Below, one piece after another: positions 31,233 to 40,122 of a stretch of DNA of 64,000 bases; positions within the stretch are counted from its first letter, which is position 1, and each line of letters starts with the position of its first letter. The translations under genes and the position numbers were made by a program. The stretch comes from Nitrospirota bacterium (GTDB taxonomy: Bacteria; Nitrospirota; Thermodesulfovibrionia; Thermodesulfovibrionales; Dissulfurispiraceae): contig JBFMCP010000009.1 of assembly GCA_040754455.1 (NCBI GenBank), positions 1 through 64,000 of the forward strand. Reading direction: 5' to 3'. Under the pieces are notes generated by a model that did not search any database, was not told the DNA's origin, and was given only the letters and a program-made list of their open reading frames with translations.

Positions 31233-32810
31233 ATGAGAAAGTTTGTTGTAGCACTCCTTTCCCTCGCTCTTCTGCTCCCTCTCTCCGCATTCGCTGCCGA
31301 CCAGGGCGACCTTCTCCAGAAGATCGAAGCGCTCTCCAGAGAGCTCGAGTCCCTGAAGGCACAGATGCACGAGATGCAGAAGAAAGAGACCGTAAAGGAA
31401 GAAAGAATCACGATGGTGGAGAAGAAGGCCGAGGCAGCAGAAGCGCCTTCCTGGTTCAAGATCGGCGGCGACTACCGGGCCAGGTTCGACTCCCTGAGAG
31501 GCGAAAGCAAAGCAGCATTCGTACTGTTTGCTCCCACCCCGCAGGATGTCTTCGCCAAGCAAACGGTCGATAATGAAACGCTTCTGACCAACCGTTTCGG
31601 GCTGAACATGGAAGCAAAGGCAATGGAAGACATCACGGTCAAGGCAAGACTCCTCATGTACAAGGTTTGGGGACATGAGACAGAGGAGCCTATCGGTGGC
31701 TCAAGCAATGGCTTCTTTGCCGATCGCTTCTTCCTTTTTGATGGCAATGTCGGCCATGTCCCATCAGATAATACGCTGAGAGTCGACCAGGCTTATGCGA
31801 CCTGGAGCAATGTGTTCAACCAGCCTGTCTGGTTCTCTGTAGGTAGGAGGCCTTCCACCGGCGGCGTTCCGACCAATATCAGGCAGAACGTCGAGAAGGT
31901 CGGCAACGCGGGTGTTCCTGGTTTGTTGATCGACTATGCCTTTGACGGTCTGACCCTCGGATATGCACCTGATATCGATGCCCTCCCCGGCGCCTATGCG
32001 AAGTTCTGCTACGGCAGGGGCTTCGACAGCGGCTATAAGACAGCAGCAAATGGCATGGATGATGTCGATTTCATCGGGATCAACGTCGTTCCTTACGACA
32101 CCGATACGCTCCATCTCGAATTCCAGTACAGCAGGGCATTCAATATCTTTGCTTTCCCTGAGTCAAACGGAATGCTCGCCGGTTTTATGGTCGATCCTGC
32201 AGATCCAACAGGGACCAATGTTATTCCTGTTACCGTTGCTAATACCAACGTTGGAGATATCGACCAGTATGGCATGGTAGCGATGGGCAAGATCGAGAAG
32301 GTCGGCCCGGGCGACCTGAATCTCTTCCTCTCTGCGGCTTTGAGCGTAACACATCCTAACGAAAACACCTTAAACCTCGGTCCCGGCGTGAGTTTCGGAC
32401 TGCTTGGAAACGCGAATCCTTCGAGCAAGACCGGCTGGTCGGCCTATGTCGGCGGCAGATACGATATCGCTAAGACAGGGACGAAGATCGGCTTGGAATA
32501 CAATTACGGCTCTAAGAACTGGATTACGTTTACGCCTGCTGCCGACGATATCTGGACCGGAAAGCTCGGCACAAGAGGCAGCGTTTATGAAGCATACATA
32601 ATCCAGGAGCTCAACAAGAAGCCTATCGCGAAGAGAGGAAAGGCGTTCTTCAGGCTCGGCTATCAGTACTACGACTTCGATTACACCGGCAGCAACAACT
32701 GGATGGGCGCTCCGGTAGATATGGACGATGTAATAGCCAACACGCCGCTGTTCTTCGCTCCGCTCAAGAACGCTCACGACATCTACTTAACTTTCGACGT
32801 AATGTTCTAA
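31233..32810 (+). CDS. DUF3373-like outer-membrane beta-barrel protein
   Basis: Signal peptide, N-terminal coiled coil, GGDYRARFDSL, GRRPSTGG, C-terminal F. Confidence 0.8.
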   Translation: MRKFVVALLSLALLLPLSAFAADQGDLLQKIEALSRELESLKAQMHEMQKKETVKEERITMVEKKAEAAEAPSWFKIGGDYRARFDSLRGESKAAFVLFAPTPQDVFAKQTVDNETLLTNRFGLNMEAKAMEDITVKARLLMYKVWGHETEEPIGGSSNGFFADRFFLFDGNVGHVPSDNTLRVDQAYATWSNVFNQPVWFSVGRRPSTGGVPTNIRQNVEKVGNAGVPGLLIDYAFDGLTLGYAPDIDALPGAYAKFCYGRGFDSGYKTAANGMDDVDFIGINVVPYDTDTLHLEFQYSRAFNIFAFPESNGMLAGFMVDPADPTGTNVIPVTVANTNVGDIDQYGMVAMGKIEKVGPGDLNLFLSAALSVTHPNENTLNLGPGVSFGLLGNANPSSKTGWSAYVGGRYDIAKTGTKIGLEYNYGSKNWITFTPAADDIWTGKLGTRGSVYEAYIIQELNKKPIAKRGKAFFRLGYQYYDFDYTGSNNWMGAPVDMDDVIANTPLFFAPLKNAHDIYLTFDVMF

Positions 32811-32816
32811 CACCCT

Positions 32817-32847
32817 AAGGGAAGGGGCAACAGCCCCTTCCCTTTTT
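32817..32847 (+). terminator. intrinsic terminator
   Basis: AAGGGAAGGGGC-AACA-GCCCCTTCCCTT followed by TTT. Confidence 0.85.
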
Positions 32848-33190
32848 ACTCCTTCCTTGTGCTGCGGTCTCCTTTAATTTCCTCTTTCCAGCGTGTTGAA
32901 TTATGTTGATAGAAGACAGGCAAATGGGGTTAGACTTGACTATTGACATTTCCTTATGGGGACGTAAATAGGGACGAAAGATGGGTATCCCTCATCATGT
33001 AACACGGAGAGGGAATTACCGTCAAGCAGTGTAAGGAGTAGAGAGCTTATCTTGATGGGAACATTGGAAGCGATGAGGGCGAAGGTCAGTCGAAAATTAT
33101 GCTGGAAGATCAAGGCAGTGTGGACTGGTATGAGGCCTTTGCGATGGAGTCGGGCAACGATCTGTCTTTCTAGAAATAAGTCTTGACATC

Positions 33191-33219
33191 TTGACAATAC
33201 ACCTCCCTCTGCATATACT
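33191..33219 (+). promoter_or_regulatory. sigma70 promoter of the TA operon, with operator-like inverted repeat
   Basis: TTGACA-N17-TATACT; ACACCTCC...GGAGGTGT inverted repeat spans the -10 box and RBS. Confidence 0.65.
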
Positions 33220-33246
33220 TTATGATGCAAAAGGAGGTGTTGTATT

Positions 33247-33492
33247 ATGAAGAAGAAAATCGGGACTATTCTTGAGGAAGACCTCATCTTCAAGGCCAAG
33301 CGCATTGCGCTCTCTCAAAAAAAGTCGCTGAACTCCCTCTTTGAGGACGCACTCGTTACCTATTTTAAGGTTCTCGAAGAAAGCGGAAAAAGAAAGGAGA
33401 AAAATATAGTCCGGAGTACGCGCGGAGTAATGAAAATCCAGAAGTCCACCCTTGGAAAAATCCTGGAGGAAGAGGAGTTCTATGAGTCTTGA
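33247..33492 (+). CDS. putative RHH-type antitoxin
   Basis: MKKKIGTILEEDLIFKAKRIALSQKKSLNSLFEDAL; overlaps the PIN gene. Confidence 0.75.
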   Translation: MKKKIGTILEEDLIFKAKRIALSQKKSLNSLFEDALVTYFKVLEESGKRKEKNIVRSTRGVMKIQKSTLGKILEEEEFYES

Positions 33493-33982
33493 CCGCATTG
33501 CGCCGGGCTCGCGCGTATTTATCGACGCCAATGTCTTCATTTATCATTTTACCGGCGCATCGGACGAATGCAGCGCCCTTCTCGAACGATGTGAGCAGGG
33601 AGACCTCCTGGGCATAACATCGGCTAACGTGATCCTTGAGGTGCTCCATAAGCTGATGATGGTCGAAGCGGTCAACAAGGGACTTGTTTCCCCGCCTAAC
33701 ATTGTAGGAAAACTCCAAAAGCAACCACAAACAATTAAGCAACTCAGTGAATATTTCACCAATGCCCAAAAGATAGAACAGATGGGCATCGATATCAAAC
33801 CGATTTCCGCGCTCACGATCCTTAAGAGCCAGCCTTTCAGATTGCGTTACGGCCTGATGACCAATAACTCCCTCATCGCCACCATAATGGAAGAGGAAGG
33901 GATTACGGTTCTGGCAACAAACGACGGCGCTTTTTCAGTTATCGAGGGAATAGATGTGGTTAGTCCTGAAGATGTCGCATAG
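33482..33982 (+). CDS. PIN-domain (VapC-like) toxin
   Basis: VFIDANVFIY, ILEV, GLMTNNSLI, LATNDGAF. Confidence 0.85.
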   Translation: MSLDRIAPGSRVFIDANVFIYHFTGASDECSALLERCEQGDLLGITSANVILEVLHKLMMVEAVNKGLVSPPNIVGKLQKQPQTIKQLSEYFTNAQKIEQMGIDIKPISALTILKSQPFRLRYGLMTNNSLIATIMEEEGITVLATNDGAFSVIEGIDVVSPEDVA

Positions 33983-34160
33983 GTGCTCGCAGATTAACAG
34001 GTTATTTTGATTTCTCTTTGCTCAATAGGGGACAGCCTGGTCTTCCTTTAATTTCCTCTTTCCAGCGTGTTAGAATTATTCAGAAGCTTTTTCGTGTAGA
34101 GGAAAGTAATGAATGAAATTATCTTTGTTTTAGAAGAGGACCCTGAAGGAGAGTTTAATT

Positions 34161-34673
34161 ATGAAGCAGTTTCGTTTATTGGCAGCAAGTCTTTTCTTCG
34201 CAGCATTCATTTTGTGTAGTGCCTCCTTTGTATCTGCAGCCAATCCCGGCTCGCCTGCTCCTGCTTTCACGCTCACCGATATAAGCGGCAAGAAAATTTC
34301 CCTTTCAGAGCTTAAAGGAAAAGTTGTCCTCCTCAACTTCTGGGCCACCTGGTGCGGCCCCTGCAAAGCCGAGATGCCCGCGCTGAATAGGCTGTATATC
34401 GAGCTCAAGGACAAAGGATTCGTTATTCTCGCGGTCTCGCTGGATACTGCGGAGAAACCGGTGAAATCTTTCATCGCTGAAAAGAAGCTCGCCTTTCCCG
34501 TGCTCATGGACAGCGACAAGGAGCTGTCCTTTGATCTTTATGCTGTTATGGGATTGCCGACGACTTTTATCATAGATAAAAAAGGAATCATTGTCGAGCG
34601 GATTCTGGGCGACAGAGAGTGGGATGCGCCACAAATGAAAGATAAGATACTGAAACTCTTGTCGGGGAGGTAA
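34161..34673 (+). CDS. TlpA/ResA-like thiol-disulfide oxidoreductase
   Basis: Signal peptide; LNFWATWCGPCKAEMP. Confidence 0.92.
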   Translation: MKQFRLLAASLFFAAFILCSASFVSAANPGSPAPAFTLTDISGKKISLSELKGKVVLLNFWATWCGPCKAEMPALNRLYIELKDKGFVILAVSLDTAEKPVKSFIAEKKLAFPVLMDSDKELSFDLYAVMGLPTTFIIDKKGIIVERILGDREWDAPQMKDKILKLLSGR

Positions 34674-34677
34674 CAAC

Positions 34678-35040
34678 ATGAAGATACGGGGGACTTTAAA
34701 GGCGCTGTTCATTATGGTGGGAATACTTACCCTTCTTGGTGGCTGTGCTTCGAATACTTTTGTCGTCACCAAAGACGGGAAGAGCTATTTCTTCGGAAGC
34801 AAGCAGGAGGGGTTTTACAAGCTGCTCTGCGAAACAGGAGATTTACAGAAGATACTCGCTGACACGCACCTCGCTCAGGAATCAAAGGATAAATTGTATA
34901 CGTATAATTGTGTCGATCGTTCAAAGGATGCAAAGGAGAAAGTACGGGAAGCGTATGTAGCGCTCACCCCCGAGCAGCGGCGGGAGCTGCGGCTCACGTT
35001 CCAGCTGCACGGGTATGATATCAACTATATGGAATGTTGA
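34678..35040 (+). CDS. putative lipoprotein
   Basis: Lipobox LGGC plus three further Cys. Confidence 0.75.
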   Translation: MKIRGTLKALFIMVGILTLLGGCASNTFVVTKDGKSYFFGSKQEGFYKLLCETGDLQKILADTHLAQESKDKLYTYNCVDRSKDAKEKVREAYVALTPEQRRELRLTFQLHGYDINYMEC

Positions 35041-35102
35041 GGGGACAAGATTCCCGTATCCGGTCGGATACAATAACAAGCTTACGAGCAGGGATAACGA
35101 TA

Positions 35103-35257
35103 GGCAGGAACGGGTACTACAAGGAGCTTTCTCATGCGCAATTTATTAGAACTGATCTGCAACACTTCTCCAATAAAAGAATTGTTATTAAAGAGTTTGA
35201 AGCCTTATGGAAGTATAAGGAAGCGCGATTAAGCTCCTTTCCGCACCCGTTCCTGCC
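35103..35257 (-). repeat. 155-bp structured repeat element, full-length copy A
   Basis: 13-bp terminal IR GGCAGGAACGGGT/ACCCGTTCCTGCC and inner stem AAGGAGCTT/AAGCTCCTT; homologous to 48184-48240 and 50606-50807. Confidence 0.75.
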
Positions 35258-35381
35258 GGAGCCACGTTACTCTTGAATAGATGAGATATTGGATCCCGAC
35301 TTTTGGAAACGGTTCATTACCTTTTTTCTGACTGCTTGGTATATAATAGTCAAACTTTTCATATTGTAGAGGAAACCATCT

Positions 35382-36224
35382 ATGACGACATTGACGCAAA
35401 CCCGCGATATCGAATCTCTGGTCCGGCAGGCCCGGAAGGTCAGGATCGAGATTCTGAAAATGCTCACCGAATCAGGGTCCGGACACACCGGAGGCTCGCT
35501 CTCGGCAGCAGACCTGGTGACCGCACTCTACTTTTATAAAATGAAACACCGGCCTCAGGAGCCGAACTGGCCAGGCCGTGACCGGTTTATTCTCTCAAAA
35601 GGCCATGCAGCGCCGCTTCTCTATACAGCGCTTGCCCTGTCGGGTTATTTTGATCCAGCCCTTCTGAAGGATTTAAGAAAAATAGGCTGTCCGCTCCAGG
35701 GGCACCCCTCATCAAAGCTCCTCCAGGGCGTCGAGGTATCCACCGGCTCCCTCGGGCAGGGCCTTTCCATTGCCAACGGCATTGCACTGGGACTGCGCCT
35801 CGACAGGAATCCGGCCCGCGTCTATTGCCTCCTCGGCGACGGCGAGATCCAGGAAGGGCAGGTGTGGGAGGCTGCCATGTCGGCAGGCCACTATATGCTC
35901 GATAACCTCTGCGCCATTGTCGATGTCAACGAACTCCAGATCGACGGCAGGTGCGAGGATGTGATGAAGGTCGAACCGATTGCAGGAAAGTGGAAGGCCT
36001 TTAACTGGCATATCTTTGAGATAAACGGCCATAGTATGGAAGAGATCGTGCAGTCCCTCGATGAGGCGGAAAAGATCAAGGGCAAGCCCTCGGTTATCCT
36101 TGCCCGGACAGTAAAAAGCAAGGGGGTGTCCTTCTTTGAGGGCAAGGCCGAATACCACGGCGTCACCCCGACGCGGGAAGAGCTCGAAAAAGCACTGAAG
36201 GAGTTGAGCGACAATGGGAAGTAG
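35382..36224 (+). CDS. transketolase, N-terminal (TPP-binding) subunit
   Basis: DRFILSKGHA, STGSLGQGL, GDGEIQEG. Confidence 0.92.
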   Translation: MTTLTQTRDIESLVRQARKVRIEILKMLTESGSGHTGGSLSAADLVTALYFYKMKHRPQEPNWPGRDRFILSKGHAAPLLYTALALSGYFDPALLKDLRKIGCPLQGHPSSKLLQGVEVSTGSLGQGLSIANGIALGLRLDRNPARVYCLLGDGEIQEGQVWEAAMSAGHYMLDNLCAIVDVNELQIDGRCEDVMKVEPIAGKWKAFNWHIFEINGHSMEEIVQSLDEAEKIKGKPSVILARTVKSKGVSFFEGKAEYHGVTPTREELEKALKELSDNGK

Positions 36225-37212
36225 AGAAGAGCAGTCAGCGGTCAGCGGTCAGCAGTCAGCAGCGCAAACCTTCGCGGGGCAGGCGGTCGCCACACGCGAT
36301 GCCTATGGCGCCGCACTGCTGGAGTTGGGAAAAAGAAACAGTAAGGTCGTCGTCCTCGATGCCGACCTCTCGGGCTCGACGAAGACAGTGAAGTTTGCGA
36401 AAGCCTTTCCCGAGCGTTTCTTCAACATGGGCATTGCCGAACAGGACCTCGTTGGCACCGCAGCCGGCCTGTCGCTGACCGGAAAGATCCCTTATGCTTC
36501 TACCTTCGCCGTATTCGAGACAGGAAGGGCCTGGGAGCAGGTGCGGCAGACCCTCTGCTACTCCCATCTCAACGTAAAGCTCGTCGCGACCCATGCCGGC
36601 ATCACCGTCGGTGAGGACGGCGCCTCCCATCAGGCGCTTGAGGATATTGCATTGATGCGGGTCATTCCGCAGATGACCGTGATCGTGCCTGCCGACGGCT
36701 TCGAGACACAACAGGTCATCGATGCGGTTGCCGAGTACGAACATCCCGTGTATGTGCGGTTGGGGAGGGCAAAGGTCCCAGCTGTCATGCCCGCGGATTA
36801 TAAATTCACCATCGGGAAAGCATACACCTTTGCTCTCGGCAAGGATGTAAATATAATTGCTACGGGCATCATGGTCGCCAAGGCACTGGAAGCACGGGAG
36901 ATACTCTCGAAGAAGGGCATCGATGCCGGCGTGATCAACATGTCGACCGTCAAACCCCTCGATACTGCCGCGATCCTCGAGGCGGCAAAGAGATCGAAGC
37001 GCATCATCACTGCTGAGGAGCATTCCGTTATTGGCGGCCTCGGTGGAGCGGTTGCCGAAGTGCTGTCAGAGCAGTATCCGGTTCCTCTGAGAAGGATCGG
37101 GACAAAGGACACCTTCGGCTGCTCCGGATCTCCCGACGAGCTGTTGAAACTCTTCGGCCTCACCGCCGAAGCAATCGCTGCTGCTGCAACAGAGCTGATG
37201 AACGCCGGTTAA
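36214..37212 (+). CDS. transketolase, C-terminal subunit
   Basis: MGIAEQ, GEDGASHQ, EEHSVIGGLG. Confidence 0.92.
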   Translation: MGSREEQSAVSGQQSAAQTFAGQAVATRDAYGAALLELGKRNSKVVVLDADLSGSTKTVKFAKAFPERFFNMGIAEQDLVGTAAGLSLTGKIPYASTFAVFETGRAWEQVRQTLCYSHLNVKLVATHAGITVGEDGASHQALEDIALMRVIPQMTVIVPADGFETQQVIDAVAEYEHPVYVRLGRAKVPAVMPADYKFTIGKAYTFALGKDVNIIATGIMVAKALEAREILSKKGIDAGVINMSTVKPLDTAAILEAAKRSKRIITAEEHSVIGGLGGAVAEVLSEQYPVPLRRIGTKDTFGCSGSPDELLKLFGLTAEAIAAAATELMNAG

Positions 37213-37242
37213 TGGCAATGGCGTAAAGAAGCAGATGCTGTA

Positions 37243-37905
37243 ATGATAACGTTTCAGAACGTCTCGAAATATTACGACCACGACACCGCGCTCAGGGGGC
37301 TCTCCTTTACCATAGAGAAAGGCGAGATGGCCTTTATCACCGGGCCGAGCGGCGCCGGCAAATCGACCCTTCTCAAGCTCATGTATCTATCCGAGTGGCC
37401 TGATGAGGGAGAAATTACCATAGGCGACTTCACGCTTGCCTCACTGAAGCGCCACGATATCCCGCTCCTGAGGAGAGACATCGGCGTCGTCTTTCAGGAT
37501 TTCAAGCTCATCAACAATCTTACCATCCACGACAATGTAGCCCTTGCGCTGAGAATCAGGGGCGTCGGCGAAAAGGACATCAAGACCCGCGTTTCCGAAG
37601 CATTGAAAAAGGTCTATCTCCGGCATAAAGCAGACAGTTACCCGCGGAAGCTCTCCGGAGGAGAACAGCAGCGGGTCGTTATCGCCCGCGCTATCGTCGC
37701 AGAGCCGTCGCTCATCCTCGCCGATGAACCGACCGGGAACCTTGATCCGAACACGGCGCTGGATATTATCCACCTGTTCCGTGATATCAACATCCACGGC
37801 ACCACTGTGCTGATCGCGACGCATAACAGAGAGCTTTTCAGGCACACCGGCGCGCGCGTACTCAAGCTCGACAACGGCGCCATCGTAGGAGAGGAGCGGG
37901 GCTGA
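37243..37905 (+). CDS. ftsE: cell division ATP-binding protein FtsE
   Basis: [26 protein letters not shown]; upstream of ftsX. Confidence 0.92.
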   Translation: MITFQNVSKYYDHDTALRGLSFTIEKGEMAFITGPSGAGKSTLLKLMYLSEWPDEGEITIGDFTLASLKRHDIPLLRRDIGVVFQDFKLINNLTIHDNVALALRIRGVGEKDIKTRVSEALKKVYLRHKADSYPRKLSGGEQQRVVIARAIVAEPSLILADEPTGNLDPNTALDIIHLFRDINIHGTTVLIATHNRELFRHTGARVLKLDNGAIVGEERG

Positions 37906-38780
37906 TGGCACTGCACTATTCATTCAAATCGGCACTGCAGAGTCTCTGGAGAGAGAAGTGGATCAATATACTTTCCATGCTCACCGTCGCCTCGAGCCTC
38001 CTGATCGCGACGCTCACCGTTTTTACGCTCTACAATGTCGAACTGGTGACCAATCACCTCCCCGAACGGTTTTCGATGCTGGTGTATCTGAAAGACCAGC
38101 TCTCCCCGGAGGAGACCCAGAACGTGGTCGCTGCGATCCGGAAGAGAGCGGAAGTGGCGCAGGCAACGTACATATCCAAAGAGCAGGCGCTCAACGAGCT
38201 GAAGCAGACCTTCAAGGATACCCATTCCCTCCTCGAGGGGCTGGAGGAAAATCCCCTCGCCTCTTCGGTCGAAGTCAGGCTCCGCAAGGATTTCGTCGCA
38301 GCTGCAGCGACCTCGAAGATCGCTGAAGAAATTAAAAAGATCCCCGGCGTCGACAATGTCTACTACGGGGAAAAAGTCGCCGAAGCGATCTACCTGATGA
38401 AGAAATCCGTGCAGAATATCAGTGTCATCATTTTCCTGACGGTCTCGCTGGGGGTCATTTTCGTTACCTACAGCACGGTAAAAATCCTCTTCTACCGCAG
38501 GAACGAGGAGATCGATATCCTGAAGCTCCTCGGTGCGACCAGGGGCTTTATCCGGGCGCCCTTCCTGATCGAGGGCAGCATCATTGGGTTGAGCGGCGGG
38601 ATTCTGGGAATCATCGGCGCTTTCATTTTTTATATTGCCGTTACCTATCGGTTGAGTGCAATCATCCCCATATTGAAAACGCTGGTCTTCCCAGCAGGCA
38701 TTATCGTCGCTCTCCCCTTTGTCGGCATTGTGCTGGGACTCATCGGCTCCGCAATCGCCCTGGGGAGACTAAAACTCTAA
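37905..38780 (+). CDS. ftsX: cell division permease FtsX
   Basis: Four TM segments, [22 protein letters not shown]. Confidence 0.92.
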   Translation: MALHYSFKSALQSLWREKWINILSMLTVASSLLIATLTVFTLYNVELVTNHLPERFSMLVYLKDQLSPEETQNVVAAIRKRAEVAQATYISKEQALNELKQTFKDTHSLLEGLEENPLASSVEVRLRKDFVAAAATSKIAEEIKKIPGVDNVYYGEKVAEAIYLMKKSVQNISVIIFLTVSLGVIFVTYSTVKILFYRRNEEIDILKLLGATRGFIRAPFLIEGSIIGLSGGILGIIGAFIFYIAVTYRLSAIIPILKTLVFPAGIIVALPFVGIVLGLIGSAIALGRLKL

Positions 38781-38898
38781 CAGTGAAGAGTAAAAAGTGA
38801 AAAGTGAAAAGTTGAGGAGCTTTACATCTTTCACCGTTTTCATCTTCTTTCTACTGTTCTTTTTTCACTTTTCTCTTTTTACTCTTCACTCTTCACTT
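38781..38898. repeat. AAAAGTG/TTTTCAC heptamer palindrome overlapping the envC 5' end
   Basis: AGTGAAGAGTAAAAAGTGAAAAGTGAAAA ... TTTTCACTTTTCTCTTTTTACTCTTCACT. Confidence 0.75.
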
Positions 38899-40035
38899 CC
38901 TGAATCCTTCGCCGGGCATCCCCAGGAAGAATACCGGCGCCTGCAGAAAGACCTGAAGACACAGAAGAAGAAGCTCGAATCGGTGAGGAGGATAGAGCAG
39001 ACGGTCCTGGAGGAGCTGAGGAAGACAACCAATGAGCTCCATGATATCGAGAAGCAGCTCGGCAATCAGAGGGAAAAGATCAGGACGATCCAGCACAATA
39101 TCGCCGACCTCCAGGAAGAGATCAGGGCCGACAGCGCCGCGCTCCAGGCCCATAAGAGCCGCTTGAGAAAACGGCTGAGGGCACTCCTTTCCCTCAACTT
39201 CGACCGGGATGCCATGCTCGCTCTCATAAGCGGAGAAGATATCTCCCAAACCTTGCGCATCATGCGGTATCTCAAGGATGTCTCTGCCTATGACTATCGT
39301 CTCATACAGAAATACCGGGACGATCTTCGCATTCTGGCTGAAAAGGAAACGGGATTGAAACGGCTCCATGCCTCGCTCAAGACCGAAGAGAAGAAACTGG
39401 CAGGACTGGAGTCATCCCTCAAAGGCAAGAAAAAAGAGCGTGAAACCCTTCTCGCCAGTGTCAGAAAAGAGAAGGGTATCTACGAGAACATGATCAGGGA
39501 GCTGAAAGAGTCATCCAACAGACTCCTGCGGATCATACAGGAATCGGAGCGGCAGGAGCGCGAGGCGAAGAAGAAGCGGAGTGCAAAGGGACGATCCGGG
39601 GCAAAGGATGAAGAGCCTGATGAAGACAGCGGGTTCCTCAGACACAAGGGAAAGCTTCCCTGGCCGGCACAGGGAGAGCTTGCAGTGCAGTATGGGTCGC
39701 AGGTCGACCCCCTGTTCAACCTTCCGGTCTTCAGGAGCGGCATCCATATAAAGACCGATAATGGCTCGCCGGTACGGGCGGTCTACGGCGGCAAGGTCGT
39801 TTTCGCCGACGAGTTCAAAGGATACGGCCAGCTGGTCATCGTCAGCCACGGGAGCGGATACCACACCCTCTACGGGAATCTGGCAAAGATTTTTTCAAAA
39901 AATGGCGCTATAATAAAAGAGCATCAAACTATTGGAGAAGTTGGGGAATCGAGCACTCTGGGAGCTCCCGGTCTCTACTTCGAGATACGGTACAAGGGCA
40001 AACCCCTTGACCCGCAGCAGTGGCTGAGAAGATAA
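38797..40035 (+). CDS. envC: murein hydrolase activator EnvC (coiled coil plus M23-like domain)
   Basis: Long coiled coil, GKLPWP, LYFEIR; follows ftsEX. Confidence 0.88.
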   Translation: MKSEKLRSFTSFTVFIFFLLFFFHFSLFTLHSSLPESFAGHPQEEYRRLQKDLKTQKKKLESVRRIEQTVLEELRKTTNELHDIEKQLGNQREKIRTIQHNIADLQEEIRADSAALQAHKSRLRKRLRALLSLNFDRDAMLALISGEDISQTLRIMRYLKDVSAYDYRLIQKYRDDLRILAEKETGLKRLHASLKTEEKKLAGLESSLKGKKKERETLLASVRKEKGIYENMIRELKESSNRLLRIIQESERQEREAKKKRSAKGRSGAKDEEPDEDSGFLRHKGKLPWPAQGELAVQYGSQVDPLFNLPVFRSGIHIKTDNGSPVRAVYGGKVVFADEFKGYGQLVIVSHGSGYHTLYGNLAKIFSKNGAIIKEHQTIGEVGESSTLGAPGLYFEIRYKGKPLDPQQWLRR

Positions 40036-40122
40036 CGCGTTATAGTGTTTATTGCGTTCAGCGTTATAACGTTAAAAAATCCTACGCTATAATTCTATAA
40101 ACGCGTAGCGCGATAAACGCTG
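40035..40122. repeat. AGCGTT/AACGCT short-repeat palindrome
   Basis: GCGTTATAGTGTTTATTGCGTTCAGCGTT ... ACGCTAT...AACGCGTAGCGCGATAAACGC. Confidence 0.6.

Larger units (their letters stand above)
32870..34071. mobile_element. TA cassette bounded by 28-bp perfect direct repeats
   Basis: TCCTTTAATTTCCTCTTTCCAGCGTGTT at 32870-32897 and 34044-34071. Confidence 0.65.

Noticed and set aside
32940..33305. 121-aa minus-strand ORF and a short plus-strand fragment in the TA cassette
   Set aside because: Overlaps the TA promoter and antitoxin; no RBS or motif
35034..35276. 80-aa ORF after the lipoprotein gene
   Set aside because: Reads through copy A of the 155-bp structured repeat
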